Below the pieces are notes generated by a model. It was not told where the DNA came from and searched no databases. It was given only the letters and a program-made list of their open reading frames with translations. Positions 1-8,549 of a stretch of 64,000 nucleotides of DNA are shown one piece after another (positions within the stretch are counted from its first letter, which is position 1; each line of letters starts with the position of its first letter). Location of the stretch: assembly GCA_963835575.1 (NCBI GenBank), contig CAWIGG010000004.1:480001-544000 (forward strand), read 5' to 3'. The position numbers and the translations under genes are program-made. The DNA comes from an uncultured Spirochaetota bacterium (lineage in GTDB: Bacteria > Spirochaetota > Brevinematia > Brevinematales > JAOACQ01).

Positions 1-571
1 TGACGGACGGGATAATAATTCTGGCCGCGCTGATTTTTTCGCCGGATATCAATACCGCGCCGTCATGCAGAATACTTCCCTTATGGAATATGGACATCAA
101 TAGCTCCGCTTTGACAGCCGAGTCCAGAGGGACCGATTCCTCCAGGAGCTGTTTCAGGCCGACTCTTTTCTCAATAATGATCAGGCCGCCGGTTTTCACT
201 TCCGCCATGGAAATGACCGCCTTTGTGATCTCATTAATTGTTTCCAGAGACATCCCCCGGATGCCGGACAGGCCGCCCTGGCCGATCCGTGTTAAAAATT
301 TTCTTATTTCCGGCTGGAACAGCACAACGATCATAATAACAAAATACTGCAGAACGTAATTAAAGATCCATTCCAGTGTTTTGAGCTCTATAAAGCGGGC
401 AACGGCCCATAATATGATGATGGCAATAAAGCCTTTTATGATGCTGATTGAATTGGTGTCTTCAAAAAGCTTATAAAGAAAATAGAATAAATACGCCACA
501 CAGACAATATCCAGAACACTGAGAAGAATTTTAATAAGCATGGGTAAATCAATATTAAAAAGGGCTTCCAT
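1..571 (-). CDS. cdaA: Diadenylate cyclase CdaA (DisA_N/DAC domain with N-terminal TM helices), runs off the window edge
   Basis: Not in ORF track. Manual translation from ATG at 571: MEALFNIDLPMLIKILLSVLDIVCVAYLFY...IFQPEIRKFLTRIG...PYGKYSLHDGAVLISGEKISAARII. Has the LHDGA DAC motif and hydrophobic N-terminus. Confidence 0.88.
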   Translation of the reverse strand, partial: MEALFNIDLPMLIKILLSVLDIVCVAYLFYFLYKLFEDTNSISIIKGFIAIIILWAVARFIELKTLEWIFNYVLQYFVIMIVVLFQPEIRKFLTRIGQGGLSGIRGMSLETINEITKAVISMAEVKTGGLIIIEKRVGLKQLLEESVPLDSAVKAELLMSIFHKGSILHDGAVLISGEKISAARIIIPSV

Positions 572-593
572 AAATAATCCCCAAAACCGGATT

Positions 594-1445
594 TTACCAG
601 ATGGCCGCCGATAGATAGCCGACAACGCGCGAGTAATCCCTCGAAGTCTCGCCGGAATTTTTATAAACAAGTATTTTGATGCCGTTTTTATTGAACAGGC
701 GCGCTAATTCCAGCATCACAGCTAAAGGTCCCGTGCCGCAGGCCTCTATTTTTCCGGCCGAAGATTCTTCAAGGAGCTTTTTAGCGTCCATCAGGGAAAC
801 AACGCGGATCAATTCGTTATCCATATCCCTGGCTTCCTCGTCTGAATGATAATGCGACAGGTCTGTCGAAATGACAAAAAGATAATGCCTGTCATAATTT
901 TTCAATACTTCAAAGAGTGTTTCAGCCGCATCCAGAGCGTTTTTATATGACTGCTCGCCCATCAGTACCGGCACGATCTTGAAATCATTACTCAGGACCG
1001 ACTGCAGGAACGGAAGCTGGACTTCAAGGCTGTGTTCCTTGATATGCGCCGTATTGATAAAATCGAATAAGCCGCCGCTTTTTTTAACAAGGCTGTTCAA
1101 AAGCTCCTGTTCCAGACTGATTTTACCCAGAGGCGTTTCAAAAGCCTTATAAAAAGGCAGGGCAAACCCCTCAAAGGAAGTAAAATGGCTCGGCCCGATA
1201 AGTATGATAGTATCGTATTCCTTCTGCTTCAATAAGGAATAAGAATAAGCCGCCACCTGTCCCGAATAGATATATCCCGCATGCGGGGCTATAACGCCCA
1301 ATAGATTATCAATCGCATTTTTCTTAAAGAACTCCGGTATGGCTGACGGAACATTGGATAGATAATTATTGATCATCCGCTTGAGGTTAATCGTATCATC
1401 CGGATAGAACATGCTGGCTACCGCCGGCTTCCTGATTTCCTCCAT
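594..1445 (-). CDS. amrB: AmmeMemoRadiSam system protein B (MEMO1 family)
   Basis: IRKPAVASMFYP, PHAGYIYSG, GPSH, EHSLEVQLPFLQ, STDLSHY, ACG, VVGY motifs. Confidence 0.92.
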   Translation of the reverse strand: MEEIRKPAVASMFYPDDTINLKRMINNYLSNVPSAIPEFFKKNAIDNLLGVIAPHAGYIYSGQVAAYSYSLLKQKEYDTIILIGPSHFTSFEGFALPFYKAFETPLGKISLEQELLNSLVKKSGGLFDFINTAHIKEHSLEVQLPFLQSVLSNDFKIVPVLMGEQSYKNALDAAETLFEVLKNYDRHYLFVISTDLSHYHSDEEARDMDNELIRVVSLMDAKKLLEESSAGKIEACGTGPLAVMLELARLFNKNGIKILVYKNSGETSRDYSRVVGYLSAAIW

Positions 1446-1620
1446 ACGGCCCCCTTTATCCGGTAATGTCTTTAAAGTTTTTTACCGGACTAATGAAAGA
1501 ATACTATAAGCTGAAAACTATCATTAATATGATAAAGCATAATTTAAATGAATTCAATAAGTAAAAGGAAAAAACTTATTGACGGAAATCCTGTGAATTC
1601 TGAAAAGCAGGGTTTAATAA

Positions 1621-1649
1621 TTGACAAAAACTACTTCCTATCCTATATT
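1621..1649 (+). promoter_or_regulatory. sigma70-type promoter upstream of proA
   Basis: TTGACA-17 bp-TATATT, followed by a GAGGAG RBS before ATG 1689. Confidence 0.65.
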
Positions 1650-1688
1650 TAATGGTTTTTAAAGCCTAATTCCATTGAGGAGCGTAAT

Positions 1689-2942
1689 ATGGAAAATTTT
1701 AATAAATATGTTGAGGAAATCGCACGGAGGGCAAAAGAGATTTCATACCAGATTGCCTCTGCCGGGACAAATGAAAAGAATGCTCTGCTCAATCAGATTG
1801 CCGATGAATTGGTTGAAAACAGCGGATTTATTATTCAGGAAAATAAAAAGGATCTGGAATATGCTTCCCGGGAAGGGAAAAGCGGTTCTTTTATCGACCG
1901 TCTGACGCTGAGTAAAAAGAGGATCGATCTGATGGCGCAGGCTGTCCGGGAGATTGCCCTTCTGCCCGACCCTGTCGGAAGCGGCAGCATGCTGACGAGA
2001 AGGCCGAACGGGCTCAAGATCATGAAGGTTAGAGCGCCCCTCGGTGTTGTCGCAATTGTTTATGAGTCCAGGCCGAATGTCACAAGCGATGTGGCGGCCA
2101 TGACAATAAAAACCGGCAACGCCGTCATACTCAGGGGCGGGAAGGAATCCGTCAATTCGAACCGCGCCATTGCCGGGCTGATCCATAAAGCGATGGATAA
2201 AAAACATTTTCCCGGGGATGCCGTTCAGCTGATCGATAAGACGGAGCATGAGGTTGTCAATGCCCTGTTAAAGATGAATCAATATATCGATGTTGTTATT
2301 CCCAGGGGAGGAGAAAGCCTGATCAAATCGGTGGTGGAAAACTCGACAATTCCCGTCATCAAGCATGACAAAGGGATCTGTCATGTCTATGTGGATGAAA
2401 CAGCGGACAAAATAAAAGCCGAAAGAATAGTGATTAACGCGAAATGCCAGAAGCCTTCCGTCTGTAATGCCGCCGAGACACTGCTGATCCATAAGGATTA
2501 TCAATACCCGAAGGAGCTCATTCAGGCGCTTATGGACTGTAAAGTTGAGGTTGTAGGCGATAAAAATGTGCTGAAATTCTTTCCAAAGCTGAAAGAAGCA
2601 ACGGAAGAGGATTGGTTTACGGAATACCTGGATTATAAAATATCGGTCAGGATCCTGGACAGCCTCGACGCTGCCATTAATCATATCAATCATTACGGTT
2701 CTCATCACTCCGACGCGATTATCAGCGAAAGTTATAATAATATACAGATTTTTCTTGATAAAGTGGACAGCGCCGCCGTTTACGCCAACGCTTCCACCCG
2801 TTTTACCGACGGGGGCGAGTTCGGCCTCGGGGCAGAAGTTGGAATTTCCACCCAGAAGCTCCATGTCAGGGGGCCGATGGGCCTGGACGGGCTGACAGCC
2901 GAAAAGTGGGTCATTTACGGCGACGGACAGATCAGGGAATAG
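1689..2942 (+). CDS. proA: Gamma-glutamyl phosphate reductase
   Basis: PLGVVAIVYESRPNVT, LRGGKE, SVCNAAETLL, NASTRFTDGGEFGLGAEVGISTQKLHVRGPMGL. Confidence 0.97.
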   Translation: MENFNKYVEEIARRAKEISYQIASAGTNEKNALLNQIADELVENSGFIIQENKKDLEYASREGKSGSFIDRLTLSKKRIDLMAQAVREIALLPDPVGSGSMLTRRPNGLKIMKVRAPLGVVAIVYESRPNVTSDVAAMTIKTGNAVILRGGKESVNSNRAIAGLIHKAMDKKHFPGDAVQLIDKTEHEVVNALLKMNQYIDVVIPRGGESLIKSVVENSTIPVIKHDKGICHVYVDETADKIKAERIVINAKCQKPSVCNAAETLLIHKDYQYPKELIQALMDCKVEVVGDKNVLKFFPKLKEATEEDWFTEYLDYKISVRILDSLDAAINHINHYGSHHSDAIISESYNNIQIFLDKVDSAAVYANASTRFTDGGEFGLGAEVGISTQKLHVRGPMGLDGLTAEKWVIYGDGQIRE

Positions 2943-2945
2943 AAG

Positions 2946-3623
2946 ATGAATCAGAAAGTCGGGATCCTTGGGGGCGCTTTCAACCCGCCCCATCAGGCGC
3001 ATATTCTCCTCGGCGAATACGCGTTAAATCATTTTTCCCTTGACCGGCTTGTCTATATCCCCACGCATATTCCTTCCCATAAAAAAATCGAGGAAGGCTG
3101 GAATGGAAGCATCCGTTCCTTGATGATTAAACTGGCGCTCTTTTGTATTACGCCGGAGGAAACCGGTACGGAATTGAAAAAAATCATTCCGCCGGACCGG
3201 AAAAGCAATAAATTCATTTCTTTGTATGAAGCCCTGTATCAAAAAAATCACCGGGAAAATATCACTGTCTCCGATATAGAAATTGAAAGCGATAAAATAT
3301 CCTATACAATCGATACGGTAAAAAAACTGCTCGCGAATAATCCCGGATGGGAGATCACTATCATCATCGGAATGGACCAGGCCGCCGTACTGGATTCATG
3401 GAAAAATTATGATGAACTGATCGAAATAGCGAATTTTTGCGCCGCTGACCGGGCGGATTTTGACGGCGGCAGCATAAAAAATAAATTTCCCTTTATAGAA
3501 TTCTTTCCTTTTCCGAAAATCGTCATTTCGTCCTCAATGATCCGGCAGAGGCTCAAGGACGGCCGGAGCATCAGGGGCCTTGTCCCGCCGATAGTCGAGG
3601 AATTCATAGCACTCTTATCTTAA
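2946..3623 (+). CDS. nadD: Nicotinate-nucleotide adenylyltransferase
   Basis: GILGGAFNPPHQAH, SYTIDTV, IIGMD, W, ISSSMIR motifs. Follows proA, a common context. Confidence 0.85.
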   Translation: MNQKVGILGGAFNPPHQAHILLGEYALNHFSLDRLVYIPTHIPSHKKIEEGWNGSIRSLMIKLALFCITPEETGTELKKIIPPDRKSNKFISLYEALYQKNHRENITVSDIEIESDKISYTIDTVKKLLANNPGWEITIIIGMDQAAVLDSWKNYDELIEIANFCAADRADFDGGSIKNKFPFIEFFPFPKIVISSSMIRQRLKDGRSIRGLVPPIVEEFIALLS

Positions 3624-3654
3624 TTAAACCAGGAATTTGAATCTTACGGGGTGG

Positions 3655-3905
3655 AACCACAGATTACGCCGATTTCACAGATATTTTCTGTGAAATAAAT
3701 ATAAAATTACATGAATAATATATCCCCTGTTTTTTTCTAAAAATGCAAATTGAAAACGACAAAATAAAAAAAACATGCTTGAATTAAAAAAGAAATGGGA
3801 AAACACTTCGTGACTTTATATAAAACCTTAAGTTTGCTTCGTATGGTATTTTCCTCAATCATAATTTCAAAATTGTAATCTGTGTTATCTGTGAAATCTG
3901 TGGTT
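3655..3905. repeat. Inverted cassette with 9-nt-periodic arms (CACAGAT type)
   Basis: Left arm 3655-3682 AACCACAGAT-TACGCCGAT-TTCACAGAT; right arm 3878-3905 ATCTGTGTT-ATCTGTGAA-ATCTGTGGTT. Confidence 0.8.
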
Positions 3906-3938
3906 TCTTACGTTGTTCCCCGAATTTTGTTAATTTCT

Positions 3939-4148
3939 TAAGGGCAGTTCCAAAAACTCAAAATCAATCAGATATTTCCAACATAGGTTTTGGAACTGCC
4001 CCGGTTATAGAATCTCTTGTAAATTTAATTGGCGCTACCGTATAGAGTTCGCTGGTTGATGATCTTTTCAGACAGTGAACTCGTGCGGTAGCATGAACTC
4101 ATATAATAGCGGCAGTTCTAAATATTTGAGTTTTTAGAACTGCCCTTA
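3939..4148. repeat. REP-like composite palindrome cluster (GGGCAGTTCCAAAA family)
   Basis: GGGCAGTTCCAAAA...TTTTGGAACTGCCC (3942-4001), internal hairpin GCTACCG...CGGTAGC, and GGCAGTTCTAAA...TTTAGAACTGCC (4111-4144). Confidence 0.75.
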
Positions 4149-4153
4149 AATAA

Positions 4154-4987
4154 TTACTTGGAAGTAACATTATTATAAAATGAATTAAAAGGATAGATGA
4201 AAAACCGAACATCGAACCCGTATTGATCATTCAGCTGTCTGGTTGAATTTACAAATTCAAGCCAGTATGAATTGTAGATTTCCTCATTAAAAAAGATGTC
4301 AGCATATTTTTTTATCCTGTCCGGGTCGAGCTTTTTTTTGATGTCCTCCCAATTCCCCAGCCTGGCGTTATATCCTTCAAGACAGACCTTTTTAACCCTG
4401 CCTTTCAGGTCCTTAAAGAGGGACTTTATGTCTGTAAGATATGGAAAAACAGGGCCGATATAGGCCGTCAGCCCGATATTTCTTTTATAAATCGATTCAA
4501 TCACATCCAGCCGTTCTTTCTGGCAGGGACTGTTTTTTTCAAAAAGCTGTCTGACGATTTCCGAATTGACCGTAAAATAGATGATATTCTTTTCAGAATA
4601 AGTAAATAAATCAAGATGCCCGGCGATATCGTTCATTTTCGTCAGCAGAACAACCGGGATTTCATGGCTTTTCAGGATTTCCATTATCTGAAGTGTGATA
4701 TGGTATTTTTCCTCAACTTGCTGAAATGGGTCGGTAGTGGAACCGATCAGAATGCGGCGGATGCCTTTTTTCTGCTTCAGTTCCTTCTCCAGCAGACCGG
4801 GCAGATTCTCTTTGACGCAAACATATCCGCCCCATTCATCAGGGATTTTCCGGATCCCTTTATTTGACCGGGAATAGCAGTACAGGCAGCCGGCCTGGCA
4901 GCCTTTATAAGGATTGATGACATAGTCCGCAAGATCGATATTAGTTTGAGAAAGGGCCCGCTCTGTCCGGACCAATTCAATTTTCAT
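4154..4987 (-). CDS. Radical SAM protein, spore-photoproduct-lyase-like family
   Basis: INPYKGCQAGCLYCYS (CxxxCxxC), IGSTTDPFQ, LLTK, IGPVFPYLTD. Confidence 0.85.
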   Translation of the reverse strand: MKIELVRTERALSQTNIDLADYVINPYKGCQAGCLYCYSRSNKGIRKIPDEWGGYVCVKENLPGLLEKELKQKKGIRRILIGSTTDPFQQVEEKYHITLQIMEILKSHEIPVVLLTKMNDIAGHLDLFTYSEKNIIYFTVNSEIVRQLFEKNSPCQKERLDVIESIYKRNIGLTAYIGPVFPYLTDIKSLFKDLKGRVKKVCLEGYNARLGNWEDIKKKLDPDRIKKYADIFFNEEIYNSYWLEFVNSTRQLNDQYGFDVRFFIYPFNSFYNNVTSK

Positions 4988-5711
4988 GAGAGAGTTCCGT
5001 AATGATGTTAGTCAAGCCTTTGAAAAGGCTTTTCCCGGCTTTTTTAATATTTCTTAATAACTGAATAAAAGAAATGAATACAGAAGGATTGCGGAAACCG
5101 GCAATTAAAAATCCCGGCCAATTGATTTTCCGGAAAGAATCGCGGATGAATTCCGGCGGGGGCGGTATAAATTCCAGTCCGTCAGTTATTGAGCGGATGA
5201 TAAAAAGAGGGATTTTAAGCGAAGAGGCCCCGGATGAAATTTCAAAACTTTCCATATCGGCAAAACCGGCGCCGGGATATTGCCCGACGACCTCTTTTTT
5301 CCTGTTATTATCCAGAAAATCTCTGGAAGAATAAACTTGAAAGGTTTTATAGGAATATTTTTCCGGGATTTTTTGTAAAATACACGGGATTGTTATTTCA
5401 TTATTAAATCCGGGTGTGATAATGGATTGATCTCCTATGACGATATCTCCGGCTTTGAGTCTATTATCAAGGCCGCCGGCATAACCCGTCGAGATCCATA
5501 AGTCAAAAGTTATATTTAAATCTTTTATATATTGAACAAATCTTCTGATATTGCGCGGGCCGACGCCTGTAATGCCTGATAAATAATAATGTCCGCCGTT
5601 ATTCATCTGATAAAGTGAAATTTTTTTTTGAGTAAATATCTTTTCTGCCTTGAAATATTTCAGTATAAGTTTAATTTCGCTTTCAAGGGCCGCCGTTATC
5701 AGAATATTCAT
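4977..5711 (-). CDS. Nucleoside phosphorylase / MTA-SAH nucleosidase-like protein (PNP_UDP_1 fold)
   Basis: ITAALESE, TGVG, STGYAGGL..LKAGDIVI, DMES, IRSITD motifs. Overlaps the downstream radical SAM start. Confidence 0.75.
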   Translation of the reverse strand: MNILITAALESEIKLILKYFKAEKIFTQKKISLYQMNNGGHYYLSGITGVGPRNIRRFVQYIKDLNITFDLWISTGYAGGLDNRLKAGDIVIGDQSIITPGFNNEITIPCILQKIPEKYSYKTFQVYSSRDFLDNNRKKEVVGQYPGAGFADMESFEISSGASSLKIPLFIIRSITDGLEFIPPPPEFIRDSFRKINWPGFLIAGFRNPSVFISFIQLLRNIKKAGKSLFKGLTNIITELSHEN

Positions 5712-5873
5712 GTTCCTCCTCAGTGACCTGATAGTTTATAATAAATTACAGGAGTTTTCAAAAATATAGACCAGTTTGATTTATCATACGGTTGTTGCCG
5801 GCAAACTGATAATGGGAATTAAATATACTTTAGATAAATAAAAATTAAATTGTTCTATGAAGGTTATAACAAT

Positions 5874-5902
5874 TTGACAGGAGTTGTTTTAATCATTATA
5901 TT
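5874..5902 (+). promoter_or_regulatory. sigma70-type promoter
   Basis: TTGACA-17 bp-TATATT upstream of a GGAGG RBS and ATG 5940. Confidence 0.6.
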
Positions 5903-5939
5903 AATGACTGATTAAGAAAAATATTTTGGGGAGGTTAGA

Positions 5940-6215
5940 ATGACTAAACTAGAAAATACGGGCAAGGCAATTGAAAAAAAATTCACATCGTTTCTTTCCG
6001 GTAAACCCATCTGGATCTGGTGGATATGCTATGTTTTATTAATAGGCGTCCTTTTTGGTTTGTTTTATGTTGTTGTTGTTGTTTTAACCAAACAATGGTG
6101 GGCATCCGTTCTGATTATTATTGTAGCCGGCATGATCTGGGGTACTGTTATGTATATGAATTCAAAACCGGCCGCGGCCCCGGTCCCGGCCCCAAAAGTG
6201 AATACAAAAAAATAG
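5940..6215 (+). CDS. Small two-TM membrane protein, unknown function
   Basis: GGAGG RBS, two hydrophobic segments, PAAAPVPAP tail. Confidence 0.7.
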   Translation: MTKLENTGKAIEKKFTSFLSGKPIWIWWICYVLLIGVLFGLFYVVVVVLTKQWWASVLIIIVAGMIWGTVMYMNSKPAAAPVPAPKVNTKK

Positions 6216-6382
6216 AACTCTTTTAAAAATCTTTCAGTAATTTAAACTGACAATATTTTTAAATTTAATGCTCTCCGGTTTCAATCATATAATTGGATTC
6301 AGTGCCGTCTCTTTTAATCACTGCTAATAGTGTTTAAAGTATTATATAGAGTGGTTTCTTATTATTAATAAGGAGAGCGGTT

Positions 6383-6745
6383 ATGATGGAATTTATCGGT
6401 TATATGGCGCTTGGGCTTATCAGCGGAACGGCGAGCGGCCTTCTCGGGATCGGAGGGGCTGTTATTATCATACCGGCCCTTGTATACTTTTTCGGGTACG
6501 GGCAGAAAATGGCCCAGGGAACCACGCTGGCAATGATGGTTCTGCCCATCGGCTTTATGGCGGCCATGGAATATTACACCGCAGGCCAGGTCAATTTAAA
6601 GGCCGCGCTTATAATGGCTGTTTTATTCTTTGCCGGAGGATGGCTGGGCGGCAGGCTGGCTTTGGTAATTGATCCCGGCATTCTTAAAAAAGTATTCGCG
6701 GCTTTTCTTATAATAATCGCGGTAAAATTGATATTTGAAAAATAA
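6383..6745 (+). CDS. Half-size TSUP (TauE/SafE) family permease
   Basis: GLISGTASGLLGIGGAVIIIPAL...QKMAQGTTLAMMVLP motif. Confidence 0.85.
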   Translation: MMEFIGYMALGLISGTASGLLGIGGAVIIIPALVYFFGYGQKMAQGTTLAMMVLPIGFMAAMEYYTAGQVNLKAALIMAVLFFAGGWLGGRLALVIDPGILKKVFAAFLIIIAVKLIFEK

Positions 6746-6760
6746 TAAACAGGGAAGGAT

Positions 6761-8023
6761 ATGGATAAATATATCATTAAAGGGTTGAATAAGCTCACCG
6801 GCGATGTTTTTATCAGCGGCTCAAAAAACGCTTCACTGCCCATTATGGCGGCGTCGCTTCTGACGCCTGACAGGATTATTCTGCATAATGTTCCGGAATT
6901 AATGGATATTTCCACTATGATTCAGCTCCTGGAAATACTGGGCAAAAAGATTAAAGCCGAAGCAGGTACAGTACAGATTGATGAAGTTGATCCGGCCCCT
7001 TTTGAAGCCCCCTATGATGTTGTGCGGAAAATGCGCGCCTCAATAGCGGTAATGGGCCCGCTTCTGGCCAGAAAGGGCAAAGCGAAAATATCTTTCCCGG
7101 GCGGATGCGCCATTGGCCCGAGGCCGATAGACCTGCATATACGCGGGTTGAAGGCGCTGGGGACCGACCTTTTGATTGAGCATGGCTATATCTGGGCCCA
7201 GGCCAAGGAACTGAACGGCAAAAGGATCAATCTTCTCGGCAACAGCGGCCCGAGCGTTCTGGCCACGGAAAATGTTTTGATGGCGGCTGTGCTGGCTAAA
7301 GGTGCGACAACAATAGAAGGCGCGGCCTGCGAGCCGGAAGTGGAAGACCTGGCGAAGTTTTTAACTGCTATGGGAGCAAAGATCAGCGGGGCCGGTACGG
7401 CCATAATAGAGGTCGAAGGGATGAAGGAGCTCCATGGAGCGGAGCATTCAATAATCCCAGACAGGATAGAGGCGGGGACTTTTATAGCCGCGGCTGGTAT
7501 TACCGAAGGTGAAATTCACCTTAAAAAGATTAATGTCAGGCATCTGGAATATCCTATAGACGTGTTCTCGAAGGCGGGAGTGGAAATTGAAATACTCTCG
7601 AACGATCATATTATCGCAAAGGGACGGTCCATCCGGCCTGTTGAAGTAGAGACAAGGCCCTACCCTTTTTTTCCGACAGACCTTCAGGCACAACTGATGG
7701 CCTGTGTCAGCATCAGCGACGGCATCAGTATCATTTCGGAAAAAATATTTCCCGACCGTTTTATGCATGCGGCCGAGTTAAGCCGCATGGGCGCGGATAT
7801 AAAAGTGGACGGCGCTACTGCTGTAATAAAGGGAGTTAAAGGCCTTTCCGGGGCATCGGTTATGGCGTCTGATTTACGGGCCGGCGCAGGCCTTGTTGTC
7901 GGAGCATTGGCCGCGCATGGCACAAGCGAGATACTCCGCATCTATCATATAGACCGGGGCTATGAAAGATTGGAGGACAAGCTCAAAAAACTGGGCGCTG
8001 ATATAGAGCGGATACCGCAATAA
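6761..8023 (+). CDS. murA: UDP-N-acetylglucosamine 1-carboxyvinyltransferase
   Basis: SGSKNASLP, MRASI, PGGCAIGPRPIDLH, PDRIEAGT, FPTDLQAQ, DLRAGA, HIDRGYE. Confidence 0.98.
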   Translation: MDKYIIKGLNKLTGDVFISGSKNASLPIMAASLLTPDRIILHNVPELMDISTMIQLLEILGKKIKAEAGTVQIDEVDPAPFEAPYDVVRKMRASIAVMGPLLARKGKAKISFPGGCAIGPRPIDLHIRGLKALGTDLLIEHGYIWAQAKELNGKRINLLGNSGPSVLATENVLMAAVLAKGATTIEGAACEPEVEDLAKFLTAMGAKISGAGTAIIEVEGMKELHGAEHSIIPDRIEAGTFIAAAGITEGEIHLKKINVRHLEYPIDVFSKAGVEIEILSNDHIIAKGRSIRPVEVETRPYPFFPTDLQAQLMACVSISDGISIISEKIFPDRFMHAAELSRMGADIKVDGATAVIKGVKGLSGASVMASDLRAGAGLVVGALAAHGTSEILRIYHIDRGYERLEDKLKKLGADIERIPQ

Positions 8024-8039
8024 CTAAAGGCTTGTCAAT

Positions 8040-8549
8040 TCAGGGTTCTATACTGACAGGAGTGCCTGCTGCAACCTTGTTTTTCAGTTCATTGATATCT
8101 GCATTATGCAGCCGGATACAGCCTTCCGAGGCCATGGTTCCGATGGAAGAATTGTCATGCGTGCCGTGAACGGCTATTTCTTTCCAGCTTTTTCCGCTTT
8201 TTGTCCGGTCTTTGCCGGTATAAAGCCTTAGAAACCATGGCCCGTACGCGCCTTTAATAGGCCCTTTACCGTCTTTAAAGTCATGTTCCCACAGGTTGGA
8301 TTTTTCTATTTTAATGATATAAAAATTACCTTCCGGCGTCCTTTTATCCCCTTCCTTCTGTTTATCTCCCGGGTTTTTTCCGACAGCTATGGGATATTCC
8401 TTTATCATATTAGTGCCGTCAAAAAGATAGAGCTTAAATTCATGCTTTATAATTTTAATGCTTAAAGAGCCTTTGTTCTCCGGAAAGATAAAAGAAATAA
8501 TAAAAAACAACAGATAAAATATAAAAATGGGCCGCAGATGATTTTTCAT
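8040..8549 (-). CDS. L,D-transpeptidase (YkuD family), exported
   Basis: YPIAVGK, KRTPEG.F, AVHGT...SIGTMASEGCIRL catalytic motif. Likely start is ATG 8549 after GGGAG. Confidence 0.9.
   Translation of the reverse strand: MKNHLRPIFIFYLLFFIISFIFPENKGSLSIKIIKHEFKLYLFDGTNMIKEYPIAVGKNPGDKQKEGDKRTPEGNFYIIKIEKSNLWEHDFKDGKGPIKGAYGPWFLRLYTGKDRTKSGKSWKEIAVHGTHDNSSIGTMASEGCIRLHNADINELKNKVAAGTPVSIEP

Noticed and set aside
1743..3002. Long antisense ORFs over proA (and similar ones over pckG, valS, metY and the TPR genes)
   Set aside because: These are shadow frames of well-supported genes on the opposite strand.
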